Shown one piece after another: positions 30,135 to 39,167 of a stretch of DNA of 64,000 bases. Source of the DNA: a virus. The notes below the pieces were generated by a model. The model had not been told where the DNA came from, made no database searches, and saw nothing but the letters and a program-made list of their open reading frames with translations. A program made the position numbers and the translations under genes. The stretch is from positions 32,001 to 96,000 of IMG/VR virus record IMGVR_UViG_3300044491_002068; one strand, given 5' to 3'. Each line of letters begins with the position of its first letter. Position 1 is the first letter of the stretch.

Positions 30135-33100
30135 CTACCGTCTCCTGAGAATCATTGCAAGAACATCGTCAGTGCTAGCATTGAGTAACCACTCATAATT
30201 TTGATTTACTCTTCCAGCACCAACACTGAACGTTGCGGTTGGCTGATGATTATCGAGACCACCTACAACCCCTTGTACATCATCATTGAAACTTCCTAAG
30301 TTTCGGTGGTTTTCACGCAAAGTTTCAAGAGCAGCCTCAACTTCACGGCGAACTCTTTGTCGGGATGCCGCACTGCGTGCTGCAGTTAGTCTAAGACCCG
30401 CAAGGAGATTATTTCGGGATGAACTCTCTGTCACCCATGCACGCATTCTTTCGGCTGGATCGTCCGCTACATTAGCGACACTGCCCCCGAACTTGCCCCC
30501 ATTGAGACCGAAACCGTTATCAATCGGTACAAGCGCCCATGGCGAATTATCGTTTCTCCGAGAAAACAAGAAGTTGTTTCTATGCCTATCAGTGTTTCCA
30601 GAAACCATGTCAAGTAGGGTTAAGCGAACATGATCCCTAACAGAACCCGTATTAAGAGGAACGTCTACCGCCTGCTCAACCTGACCACCATGGTAGTTCT
30701 GAGCCAAATCTACAACAATTGTCGGAGTTTGTGTTCCCCTATTATTAGCCCGAGCAGCAGGACCGTCAAACCTGATTTGCCCCTGAGCAAAACCGAATCT
30801 TTCTCCTAAAGCAGCACCCAACGCCTCATTATATGCCTCATCAGGAACAGCACCTCTACCACCGGAATATTTAACTCCAAAGAATTGACCAGTGTCACGA
30901 TCACGGTATCGGTCCATACCATTAATTCCACCACCCTGCGCAATAATCTCAAACCTTTTGTCAGGTCCTCCCGCATTTTGTTCAATTGCATCACGCAAGA
31001 ACAAGTCAGGAACGTCGGCTAAATTGCCGCCTCCGGGGGCCATGAACTGCACGGCATCATCTTTAGTGTTTATGTTCTTGTTACCAATCTCAACCTGAGT
31101 GGTAATTAGTGCACGATTGTTATTATCTCCACGCCCAAGGAACCTACGATAACCCCTTCGAACTGCCTGAACACGCTTAACTACGTTTCTACGAACGGGA
31201 GCACCGGGAGCATCGGGAGCATCGGGAGCACCGGGGACATCGGGAGCATCGGGAGCACCGACAGGCTTGGGAGCAGACAACCCAGAAATATCAAGTCTTG
31301 CATCTCCGAGTGTCTCACCGATGGACAGGAAAACCCCTTCAGCCGGAGTAATTTGCAAGTCGTTCATTTCTAAATCAGGAATTCCGGCGTCATTCACTTC
31401 GGTCTTGAGCACGTCAAAATTTCTACTCGCCTCCTCGGAACTTAACCCCTTATTCCACGCAGCCCCTTGTATCCAGTTGTAAGCCGGAGTATTTCTACCC
31501 TTTGACCCGTCAGCAGAAGTAGGTAGCAACCCATTAAGGAAATCAAAATGGCCCGGAACATTATCATAGTCGTCGTTGGCTATACCAACTTTTCCGCTCT
31601 CAACCAAAGCACGCAAACGATTACCACTATCCTTATCGCCTACTACTAAACGAGCGGAAATCTGGAGTTTGGTGGGCTTGACCCCATTCGCTAAACTCTC
31701 GTAGTACTTGTCGTACTCTGTTAGGAGCCGTTGCGCACCATTATTTATGCCCTGTAAGTTACGAGGCTCTACCGCCCTAAATCCTTGTGCAGCCCATGCC
31801 GCTTTTCCTACATCAGCAGGACTAGTCTTAACATTATCTATACCGATGCCCCTGTAAAACAGGAAAGCATTACTGTTAAACTCACTAGCAAAGCCTCCAC
31901 CAACACTGAAGCCAACCATATTTTCGTCAGGCGCACCTCGTTGTGGGCCAAACCTGCCAGTATTAGGGTCGAAGACGGTCTTAGTCCCCAACGTAGCGTG
32001 GTAGACTTCAGTGTCGTCAGTGAAGGACCTACTGAAACTATCATTAGGCCAGCCAGATCGTCTCAACTCATTGCCGACTAAAGTTTCGCTACCATCATCA
32101 TTTAGACGATAAACCTTGAAACGTGATGATCCACTAACACGAGAAGGTGCGCCGTCATTGGTAAAACGGATGTCTCCTTCATCTATAACAGGGGTAACAG
32201 TCTTTCTATAAGTCACGCCATTAATAGTTTGTGTACCAGCCGCTACCTCCACATTATGTGAAAACATCTTCTTGACGTACGCACGGCGCTCCTCAAGAGA
32301 CTTCTTTTTGAAAGCCTCAAGACCAGTCAAAACTTGTCCGTCAGGCATGGTGTGAGTTACTTCGTATGGTCTATCATCACCATAACGGGCAGCAGCAATC
32401 TTATCCATCTGTGCTTGCCGTTGACGAGTTTTGCGGGCACGCTGACCTTTCCAGTCAAACGAAAGCAACTTCTTAATTCTGCTAGTAGAAGAAGACGAAG
32501 CAGGAATACTCTCTACCTGATCCTCCACGCTAGCAACAACGCCACGCCTGCGCTCCTCTTCTGCCTCTAAATCCCGAATTTGTTGTACAATGCCGCCCTC
32601 AAACTCTTCGGGTACGGCAGCAGCCAACGCCTCAAGATCATTTATCTGTCTAGCAATTGCGGAATCGTCACGATCTTCAATAGGTCGGTCATTTTGATAA
32701 ACATTGTTAAGCCTTCGCCTCTCCCGCTCATCACGAAGTGTTTGCCTGACCTTAAGTAGGTCGTCGTCTACCCCATTGATGCCAACCTGCAAGACATGCT
32801 GGTCAAGTGCAACCAACTCACCAACTACGTCGTCATCGCTCAGATTTTGTATGTCCGACTCGTTCAAAGCCTTAAGACGCTGAACTCTATCAGAAATGTT
32901 TTCGTCTGGGTCACCACCGTTCTCCAACAAATCTCTGCGACGAGACTCTGCTCTCAACTTATCTATGGCTTGAGCGAGCCTGCGTGGGGGAGGACCGTTC
33001 CTATCCCTGCCCCAATTTCTATACTCACTATCAAGGCGACCTAAATCACGAGCCAGATCATCGGGAGACATGTTACGAATGTCTGTATCACTCAACGCAC

Positions 33101-36100
33101 GGATTCTTTCAATCTTGTCGTCAACATCCTCTACATCGCTAGCCTGCCTGACACTAGACTTAGGGTCATTATTGATAACCCTTTTTACGCTAGCACCATC
33201 CAAATTGCGTGCATTTGCAATAGCGTCACGACGGTTAGGAGAAAGTCTCATCAAATGATCGCTAGCAGCCGCCTGAATTTCTTCATCAGAATTAGCGACC
33301 TCAACTTTACGAGAAAACTCGTTCAACTCTAAGAAGTCGTTAAGCCTGCGTTGCCACAGCCTACCCCTATCTGGCGCTGACTCACTATCGTCAACAAGGA
33401 GTTCTCTAATACGCCTACGCATATCGCTCACACTGAAGTCGTTTGGATTAGAAACACCCAACTCTGTAGCCCACTGCTGTGCCAATTCGTCAAACTCGTT
33501 AAGAGCCTGATTTACGACATTTATTTGCTCATCCCCAGTAAGCATATCAAAACGGTCTTCATCTTCTACTTGAGCGTGTCTACCATTCCAGAAGTCTCTT
33601 AACATATCGACATCAACAGGTATACGAGCATCGGGAGAGACAGGACCATTGCGTTCTTCCCGCTCAGCCTTAAGTCGCTCTAATAGTTCCTTCTCTTCAT
33701 CATCCAAATCTTTAATATTGTCCAAAGCACGAATGAAGCGAGACAAATCATTATCATCAAGATTGTTGACGAAATCTCCAGTCATACCACCCTGCCGCAA
33801 ATCGAAATCTTGCTGGCGCTCTTGCAATTCGTCTAACACATCTAGCGCTTCCTGATCTGGATCAGGAGAGACACTATCCGGAACAATATCTACACCATCA
33901 GCAGGGCCCCTATTGTCACGCTCAGCACGCAACTTATTGAGAATCTCTTGACCCTCTGTCCCCAGAATATCGTTGTCTAAGCCTTCTATAACATTGATGT
34001 ACTTATCTAACTCATCATCATTCAAATTCTGAATAAAGTCACCGGTCATGCCGCCCTGTCGCATATCAAAGTCTTGCGCACGCTCCTGAAATTCGTCAAG
34101 CCCACGTAACCCTCGCTCCGTCCGAAGCCGCTGCAAAAGTTCTTGTTCCTCTTTGTCAGGATCAGGAATCTGCTCTAACGCATTAACAAACCTATCAAGA
34201 TCGTTATCTTTCAGATTTTCAACAAAGTCACCGGTCTTGCCGCCCCGACGCACGTCAAAGTCTTCCTGCATCTTCTGCATCTCGTCTAGAACCGCAAGGT
34301 AATCTTCATCTCCTGCATCACCCGGAACACGAGGACGCTCGCCCGGAACGTCCATATCATTACCTAAATCAAGGTTTTCACTAAGATTACGGCGACGAAT
34401 TTCATCCTCAATCATCTGGCTACGTGCAGCACGGGTAGTATCGCCATCAAATCGTGGCGCCTCACGAGACCTTAGCAATTCTTCATCCGACATGTTTCGG
34501 ATTTCTTTAGCCATACGACGCCTATCCTCGTCGCTCGTCGCCTCTCCCGGAACACGACGCCGCCCGCCCGGAACAAAGGGACGCCCGTCACCTTCATCAC
34601 GAGGACGCCCGCCCGGAACACGAGGACGACCGTCTCCGTCATCACGAGGACGCCCACCCGGAACACGAGGACGACCACCCGGAACATTGGCATCGCCATC
34701 CCCCGGACGACGATCACGACCACGCCGATTACCCTGCATGGCATCACCAAGGCGCTCCAGCAATTCACCAAGTTTCTCAATACCAGCCAAGATAGCGTCA
34801 ACAATTCGTGCACCAATATTACGACCGTCCTGATCCCTAGGAGGGTTATCAGTCATTCGACCAGCCTCAATATTAGCAGCCTTCTCCAAACGCTGAAAAG
34901 CATTGCGGATATCAGAAATATCGGCGTCGGCAAAATCATCACCGTTTACAACATCACGTAAATTCTCAAGAGCATCAGCAAACTCTTCGCCATTTAGAAG
35001 ATTTTTTTCCTCGTCAGTTAAATCAGCATCGGAAACCTGCTCCCCTAGCGTCCTTCCAAGCCTACCCGGACGCCTATCTTCAGTCTTATCAAAAACATCA
35101 GACAATTTGCCCATAGTATCATCTAGGCGAGTTGTTGCTTCAGACAACTTGGACTTGGTATCAGGAGTTAAACGGCTCCCACCATCTCCGGGCTTTACAT
35201 CCCGACGACGCTTGCGCCTATCCATAGCGTCTTCAATAGTTACACCTAAATCAACCAGACCATTAATTACACGCCTATTCAAAGAATAGCCACAATTGCG
35301 ACCAAACTTGTCACTAATACGACCACCATACCTAGTGCCCGGAGGGCAGCGATACCTGCTGATGTTTGTGTCAAAGATAGCACGAGTACGCCCACTAGTG
35401 ATAACCTTAGGCTTCTTACGGGCTTTAAAGTCGTAATTAGCCTGATCTACAGATTGTACAAAAATATTTGTACGGGCCTCAATACTCTTTTTGTAATTCA
35501 AGTTATGAACATTTACAAATGTATCAGTCTTAGTAGAAACAAAGAAAGGATTCAATGACTTTGCTTCACCGGAAATCTCGTATACTGGAGCGTCCTTTGC
35601 ACGTCGTGGTGCAGAGCGAGACAGGAACGTTTCATACACCCAGCGAGGAACTGTCAACATTTTCCCACCAGCCGCAACAACCTGAATCAACTCATTGTCA
35701 GCCTTTACCGGCTTGTAACTGTTATTAGTTACACGACCAAATGAAACTTCAAACCTTCCTGAAGAATTAGTAACATACTCGTAAATAGCGGCAGAAGGAT
35801 CAGGCAGATCAGCGGCCCGCCGAATAGAAGTTGGGAAAACTCTGCGTAAACTATCAATTTCTTCAGGTGACAACTCGCCACCAACTCGGCTAATCTTTAA
35901 TGCACCAATTTCAGGGAACCCAATATAAACATCACGAAGTCCAGTAGAAAGCGCAGGGAAAGCCTCCCTACCAATCTGGCCAGAAGTGTAAACATCAATT
36001 AAAGAACCGTCAACAAGGTCATCAAACTCGTCAAGTTTCCCTAGAGCAGCAACAGAAACAACCGGCTCAAGAATAACTCCATCACGTCGCACTGTCCTAG

Positions 36101-37139
36101 CGGAAAAATCACTCTCAGCAATACGAGAAAGAACTAAATCTACAGAAGTCTCTCGTCTAGTGGGACTACCCTTCTTTGGAGCAACAGGAATCTGAGCAGC
36201 ACGAATTATATCGTAAGCGCTCCTATTCTGACGAAGATCACCAATCTCCCGCACCAACGTAGCATTCCTCGCTAACTGGGCCAAAGCACGCTGTGCACCA
36301 GCGGAAGGAGAACCGGGACCAATTTTAGGGATACCTAAAATCTGAGCACCGCAAGTGCTGAACTGAGAATTGGTAAACGTGCCGCCCTTTTCAAAACCCG
36401 GAGGACAACGGTACTGATTACGTGCCCCACGCCCAGCACCACTCAACAGACGACGACCCATACCACGAGCGCTTGGAAGACCACGCCCACCCCCCGGAGT
36501 CAGCGTCTCATAAATCTGTGATCGCACAGGACTACGCACATCAGACAAGTCACCCGGAGCAAGCATAGTACCAACAGCCTGAATACCCTGAGCGGTACCC
36601 GAACTGCTACCAAATATTCCTACTCTCTTCTCCTCAAGACCGTCAGACATGGGTACACGCATGGAAGACGTGGCAAATAAAGCGGCCTTAAGATCGACAG
36701 CATTTTGTCTACCTGCAATGGGTTGAACTAAAACCCCATTGAAATCACGAGACTGCCGAACAACTAACCTAAACGCAGAGACATCAGTTATTTCCTGTGG
36801 AACGTATGCTGACTTCGCCCTGCGTGCACCAGTACGTACACTTCTGCGGACACTTCTACGCTTCCCGCCACGGCGACCATGGTGATTTCCTTCGTTTGGC
36901 CACTTCCCTGTAATCTCATGGTGAAGCCATGCGCAAATACGCTGAGGCTTGCCACCAAACTGGGGCTTGTCCATTAGTGTTATAACGCAGCGTCGAAAGC
37001 CCCCCGGCTTCTTCATTATTGGACGCCAGTACTTTATCAGTTTCTCTAGATTACCACGACGAGGACCACGCCCACGGAGAACTTCACCAGTAATTGCTTC
37101 CTGTGGAACACCCACTACTTCTTTAACGTCAATCGTCAT
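30135..37139 (-). CDS. giant polyvalent virion/ejection protein with internal repeats, GNAT-like region and C-terminal HipA/PI3-4-kinase-like domain
   Basis: ~2,330 aa. Kinase motifs FGVKY, NEALGAALGERFG, LLDMVSGNTDRHRNNFL, LVPIDNG; GNAT-like GGGFAS...GIGID...VGKAAWAAQGF; two YRCPPG..GG motifs. Start taken at ATG 37139 (GGGGA RBS). Confidence 0.75.
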   Translation of the reverse strand: MTIDVKEVVGVPQEAITGEVLRGRGPRRGNLEKLIKYWRPIMKKPGGFRRCVITLMDKPQFGGKPQRICAWLHHEITGKWPNEGNHHGRRGGKRRSVRRSVRTGARRAKSAYVPQEITDVSAFRLVVRQSRDFNGVLVQPIAGRQNAVDLKAALFATSSMRVPMSDGLEEKRVGIFGSSSGTAQGIQAVGTMLAPGDLSDVRSPVRSQIYETLTPGGGRGLPSARGMGRRLLSGAGRGARNQYRCPPGFEKGGTFTNSQFSTCGAQILGIPKIGPGSPSAGAQRALAQLARNATLVREIGDLRQNRSAYDIIRAAQIPVAPKKGSPTRRETSVDLVLSRIAESDFSARTVRRDGVILEPVVSVAALGKLDEFDDLVDGSLIDVYTSGQIGREAFPALSTGLRDVYIGFPEIGALKISRVGGELSPEEIDSLRRVFPTSIRRAADLPDPSAAIYEYVTNSSGRFEVSFGRVTNNSYKPVKADNELIQVVAAGGKMLTVPRWVYETFLSRSAPRRAKDAPVYEISGEAKSLNPFFVSTKTDTFVNVHNLNYKKSIEARTNIFVQSVDQANYDFKARKKPKVITSGRTRAIFDTNISRYRCPPGTRYGGRISDKFGRNCGYSLNRRVINGLVDLGVTIEDAMDRRKRRRDVKPGDGGSRLTPDTKSKLSEATTRLDDTMGKLSDVFDKTEDRRPGRLGRTLGEQVSDADLTDEEKNLLNGEEFADALENLRDVVNGDDFADADISDIRNAFQRLEKAANIEAGRMTDNPPRDQDGRNIGARIVDAILAGIEKLGELLERLGDAMQGNRRGRDRRPGDGDANVPGGRPRVPGGRPRDDGDGRPRVPGGRPRDEGDGRPFVPGGRRRVPGEATSDEDRRRMAKEIRNMSDEELLRSREAPRFDGDTTRAARSQMIEDEIRRRNLSENLDLGNDMDVPGERPRVPGDAGDEDYLAVLDEMQKMQEDFDVRRGGKTGDFVENLKDNDLDRFVNALEQIPDPDKEEQELLQRLRTERGLRGLDEFQERAQDFDMRQGGMTGDFIQNLNDDELDKYINVIEGLDNDILGTEGQEILNKLRAERDNRGPADGVDIVPDSVSPDPDQEALDVLDELQERQQDFDLRQGGMTGDFVNNLDDNDLSRFIRALDNIKDLDDEEKELLERLKAEREERNGPVSPDARIPVDVDMLRDFWNGRHAQVEDEDRFDMLTGDEQINVVNQALNEFDELAQQWATELGVSNPNDFSVSDMRRRIRELLVDDSESAPDRGRLWQRRLNDFLELNEFSRKVEVANSDEEIQAAASDHLMRLSPNRRDAIANARNLDGASVKRVINNDPKSSVRQASDVEDVDDKIERIRALSDTDIRNMSPDDLARDLGRLDSEYRNWGRDRNGPPPRRLAQAIDKLRAESRRRDLLENGGDPDENISDRVQRLKALNESDIQNLSDDDVVGELVALDQHVLQVGINGVDDDLLKVRQTLRDERERRRLNNVYQNDRPIEDRDDSAIARQINDLEALAAAVPEEFEGGIVQQIRDLEAEEERRRGVVASVEDQVESIPASSSSTSRIKKLLSFDWKGQRARKTRQRQAQMDKIAAARYGDDRPYEVTHTMPDGQVLTGLEAFKKKSLEERRAYVKKMFSHNVEVAAGTQTINGVTYRKTVTPVIDEGDIRFTNDGAPSRVSGSSRFKVYRLNDDGSETLVGNELRRSGWPNDSFSRSFTDDTEVYHATLGTKTVFDPNTGRFGPQRGAPDENMVGFSVGGGFASEFNSNAFLFYRGIGIDNVKTSPADVGKAAWAAQGFRAVEPRNLQGINNGAQRLLTEYDKYYESLANGVKPTKLQISARLVVGDKDSGNRLRALVESGKVGIANDDYDNVPGHFDFLNGLLPTSADGSKGRNTPAYNWIQGAAWNKGLSSEEASRNFDVLKTEVNDAGIPDLEMNDLQITPAEGVFLSIGETLGDARLDISGLSAPKPVGAPDAPDVPGAPDAPDAPGAPVRRNVVKRVQAVRRGYRRFLGRGDNNNRALITTQVEIGNKNINTKDDAVQFMAPGGGNLADVPDLFLRDAIEQNAGGPDKRFEIIAQGGGINGMDRYRDRDTGQFFGVKYSGGRGAVPDEAYNEALGAALGERFGFAQGQIRFDGPAARANNRGTQTPTIVVDLAQNYHGGQVEQAVDVPLNTGSVRDHVRLTLLDMVSGNTDRHRNNFLFSRRNDNSPWALVPIDNGFGLNGGKFGGSVANVADDPAERMRAWVTESSSRNNLLAGLRLTAARSAASRQRVRREVEAALETLRENHRNLGSFNDDVQGVVGGLDNHQPTATFSVGAGRVNQNYEWLLNASTDDVLAMILRRR
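31196..31260. repeat. 9-bp tandem repeat encoding a PDA/PGA linker
   Basis: CGGGAGCA(T/C) about 7 copies; protein GAPDAPDVPGAPDAPDAPGAP. Confidence 0.85.
33690..34290 (-). repeat. three ~45-aa repeats inside the giant protein
   Basis: FDVRRGGKTGDFVENL, FDMRQGGMTGDFIQNL, FDLRQGGMTGDFVNNL. Confidence 0.85.
34545..34710. repeat. imperfect GC-rich tandem repeats (VPGGRPR / DGDGRPR)
   Basis: CCCGGAACACGAGGACG units recurring; a further copy at ~34321. Confidence 0.8.
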
Positions 37140-37308
37140 TAGAGTCCCCGTCATTCTTAAGCGGCTCAAAGACGTGAATTAAGCCGTCCTCATCTACATA
37201 TTCTACAGGCTTTTTGTGTGCCGTGCTACCAAGAAACGCAGTCGCTCCAATATTTAGCAACGCTTCGTTTGCTAATATGACTCTTTTCGCAACGGATGAT
37301 GGAGTCAT
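37129..37308 (-). CDS. small hypothetical protein (59 aa)
   Basis: Hand translation MTPSSVAKRVILANEALLNIG...GDSNDD; GGAGG RBS; stop overlaps the start region of the giant gene. Confidence 0.65.
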   Translation of the reverse strand: MTPSSVAKRVILANEALLNIGATAFLGSTAHKKPVEYVDEDGLIHVFEPLKNDGDSNDD

Positions 37309-37320
37309 TTAAGCCTCCGC

Positions 37321-39135
37321 TCAGGAAAGCCCTTCCTCCATCAAACTCTGGAATTCTTGAAGGGCGTTTACAATATCAGCGTCAAGTGACTTCTCTTCGT
37401 CGCCTGATTCCTGCCCAGAGTCCATCGACCAGTCTTCTGGGATCATGTCTTCAAGGCCAAGTTCTTTTGCTCGCTTAGTAATATGAGCCTTTGCGGCTTC
37501 AACGTCGCTTGCACGCCCATGTGCTTGAATTGCATTCTGCAAATCGGCTTCATCAGCAATAGGGAATGAACCGTCAGGCATTGCTTCACCAGACTCTGAC
37601 ATCGACTCACGCTGTTCACGTGAATACATTCGCTTAATCTGAAGTTCAGCCTCTAATGCCTTAATCTCGTCCTCTTCGGTCATTTCGTACTTAACTTCGT
37701 CAATGAGGTCATATTCGTCATAGCCAAGAACCTTGCCCTCAACGGAGATGAAGAAGTCGTAACTCTTTTCGCTAGCCTCAACCTCAACAACATATACGTC
37801 CTCATCAGCGAAAACGTCAACCATAACACCCATGACTTCTCCCTTTGCCTCAACATCCATATATGCGAATGCTGTGACAGCGGCCTGCTCTGCGTCAGAT
37901 TTAGAAATGATGTTAATCTGCTCAAGCGACTTGCCCTCAAGCGCATTCTCATCAATCTTCAACCAACCCAGTTCCTGACCATCACCGGAAAGGAAAACTT
38001 CAATACAGGAGCCATCAGCACGCTTAACATCAACAACGAACATGTCGTCAGCAACTGAATAGCCCGAACCCACAACCTCAGAGCCTTCATAGGCACTCTT
38101 AACTTGCGATTCAATATCACCCAATCCGGGGAGACCATCTTCGGGTGAGCAGCCACCGTGGCAGAATTCGCAAGGCTGATTAACCGACTTGCGTTGGAAT
38201 CCGCACAAGAAGTCCTCTTCAGACTTCATACCGCCTGCAGCAGCAGGAGCAGCAGGAGCAGTAGGAGCAGCGGGAGCAGGAGCAGCGTCTGGAGTCTCGT
38301 CAACATCGCTCTTAGCCAAATCAAGCCACTCTTCATGCGTGGCGCATGGCATGAACTTAACGCCAGCACGGTGCACACCCTCGCAACCTAGAACTGCGGC
38401 ACGCTCAATCGCTTCTGCCTCAGTGTCAAACATGTCCACATTTGATTCGCCATCTTCAGCCTTTTCGCCATTATCGGCCATCTTGCGCATGGCAACAACT
38501 TCCATTGGGCTACGGCGACGGTAACTCATACCGTAGCCCTTCCCTGTACCCTCTTCGTAAACCGCAACTTCCTCGAATGCGGACTTAGCGTCTTCATCTA
38601 GACCGTCGTAATCTTCTGATGAAATAAGTTCGCCTTCTTCCATCATTTCCTTAAAACGAGTGTCAGTTAGGAACATAGAGGGCTTATCAACGGTGGCCGG
38701 ATTCATCATAGACATGATCTTAGCGGCCTTTTCACTTACAACAGAGTTGTCCACCGACTTCTCTTCTGCATCTTCCTCGCCAGAAACTTCATCAGCGGTT
38801 TCTTCTACCTCTGCGTCGCCAGAAACGTCTGCCTCAGCATCCTCTTCCTCAGAATCATCTTCTGCCTTGAAACGGAACATCCAGCCCATTGGCTCCTTAG
38901 TTTCCTCATTCATGACATTGATCATCTCGTATCCTTTTTGATCTTCTTCATCAAGAACGGAAAATGCGGCCTCGTCTAAGAGTTCACCAGCATCGACAGA
39001 CTCCTTGAATCGAATGTCAGTCATGAATACAGAAGGTGCGCCCTTCTCGTCCACATTAGCACTCTTTTCCTCAGAAGAAAGCAGAGCATCCATATCCTCA
39101 AACTTCTTAAGATCGTCATTCATGTTTTCACTCAT
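37321..39135 (-). CDS. acidic scaffold-like head protein with duplicated domain, Cys/His module, Cys cluster, PepSY-like and DUF6582-like domains
   Basis: Very Glu/Asp-rich; PSxFxTDxRFKE repeat x2; GCEGVH...MPC; CEFCHGGC; YVVEVE...VEGKVLG; AMPDGSFPI. Start taken at ATG 39135. Confidence 0.65.
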   Translation of the reverse strand: MSENMNDDLKKFEDMDALLSSEEKSANVDEKGAPSVFMTDIRFKESVDAGELLDEAAFSVLDEEDQKGYEMINVMNEETKEPMGWMFRFKAEDDSEEEDAEADVSGDAEVEETADEVSGEEDAEEKSVDNSVVSEKAAKIMSMMNPATVDKPSMFLTDTRFKEMMEEGELISSEDYDGLDEDAKSAFEEVAVYEEGTGKGYGMSYRRRSPMEVVAMRKMADNGEKAEDGESNVDMFDTEAEAIERAAVLGCEGVHRAGVKFMPCATHEEWLDLAKSDVDETPDAAPAPAAPTAPAAPAAAGGMKSEEDFLCGFQRKSVNQPCEFCHGGCSPEDGLPGLGDIESQVKSAYEGSEVVGSGYSVADDMFVVDVKRADGSCIEVFLSGDGQELGWLKIDENALEGKSLEQINIISKSDAEQAAVTAFAYMDVEAKGEVMGVMVDVFADEDVYVVEVEASEKSYDFFISVEGKVLGYDEYDLIDEVKYEMTEEDEIKALEAELQIKRMYSREQRESMSESGEAMPDGSFPIADEADLQNAIQAHGRASDVEAAKAHITKRAKELGLEDMIPEDWSMDSGQESGDEEKSLDADIVNALQEFQSLMEEGLS

Positions 39136-39167
39136 TTTTTGAACTCCTAAATCCTTCAAAGAGTATA

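Noticed and set aside
34545-34710. Direct repeats resembling a mini CRISPR array
   Set aside because: In-frame, degenerate, encode VPGGRPR linkers within the giant ORF; no unique spacers of constant length.
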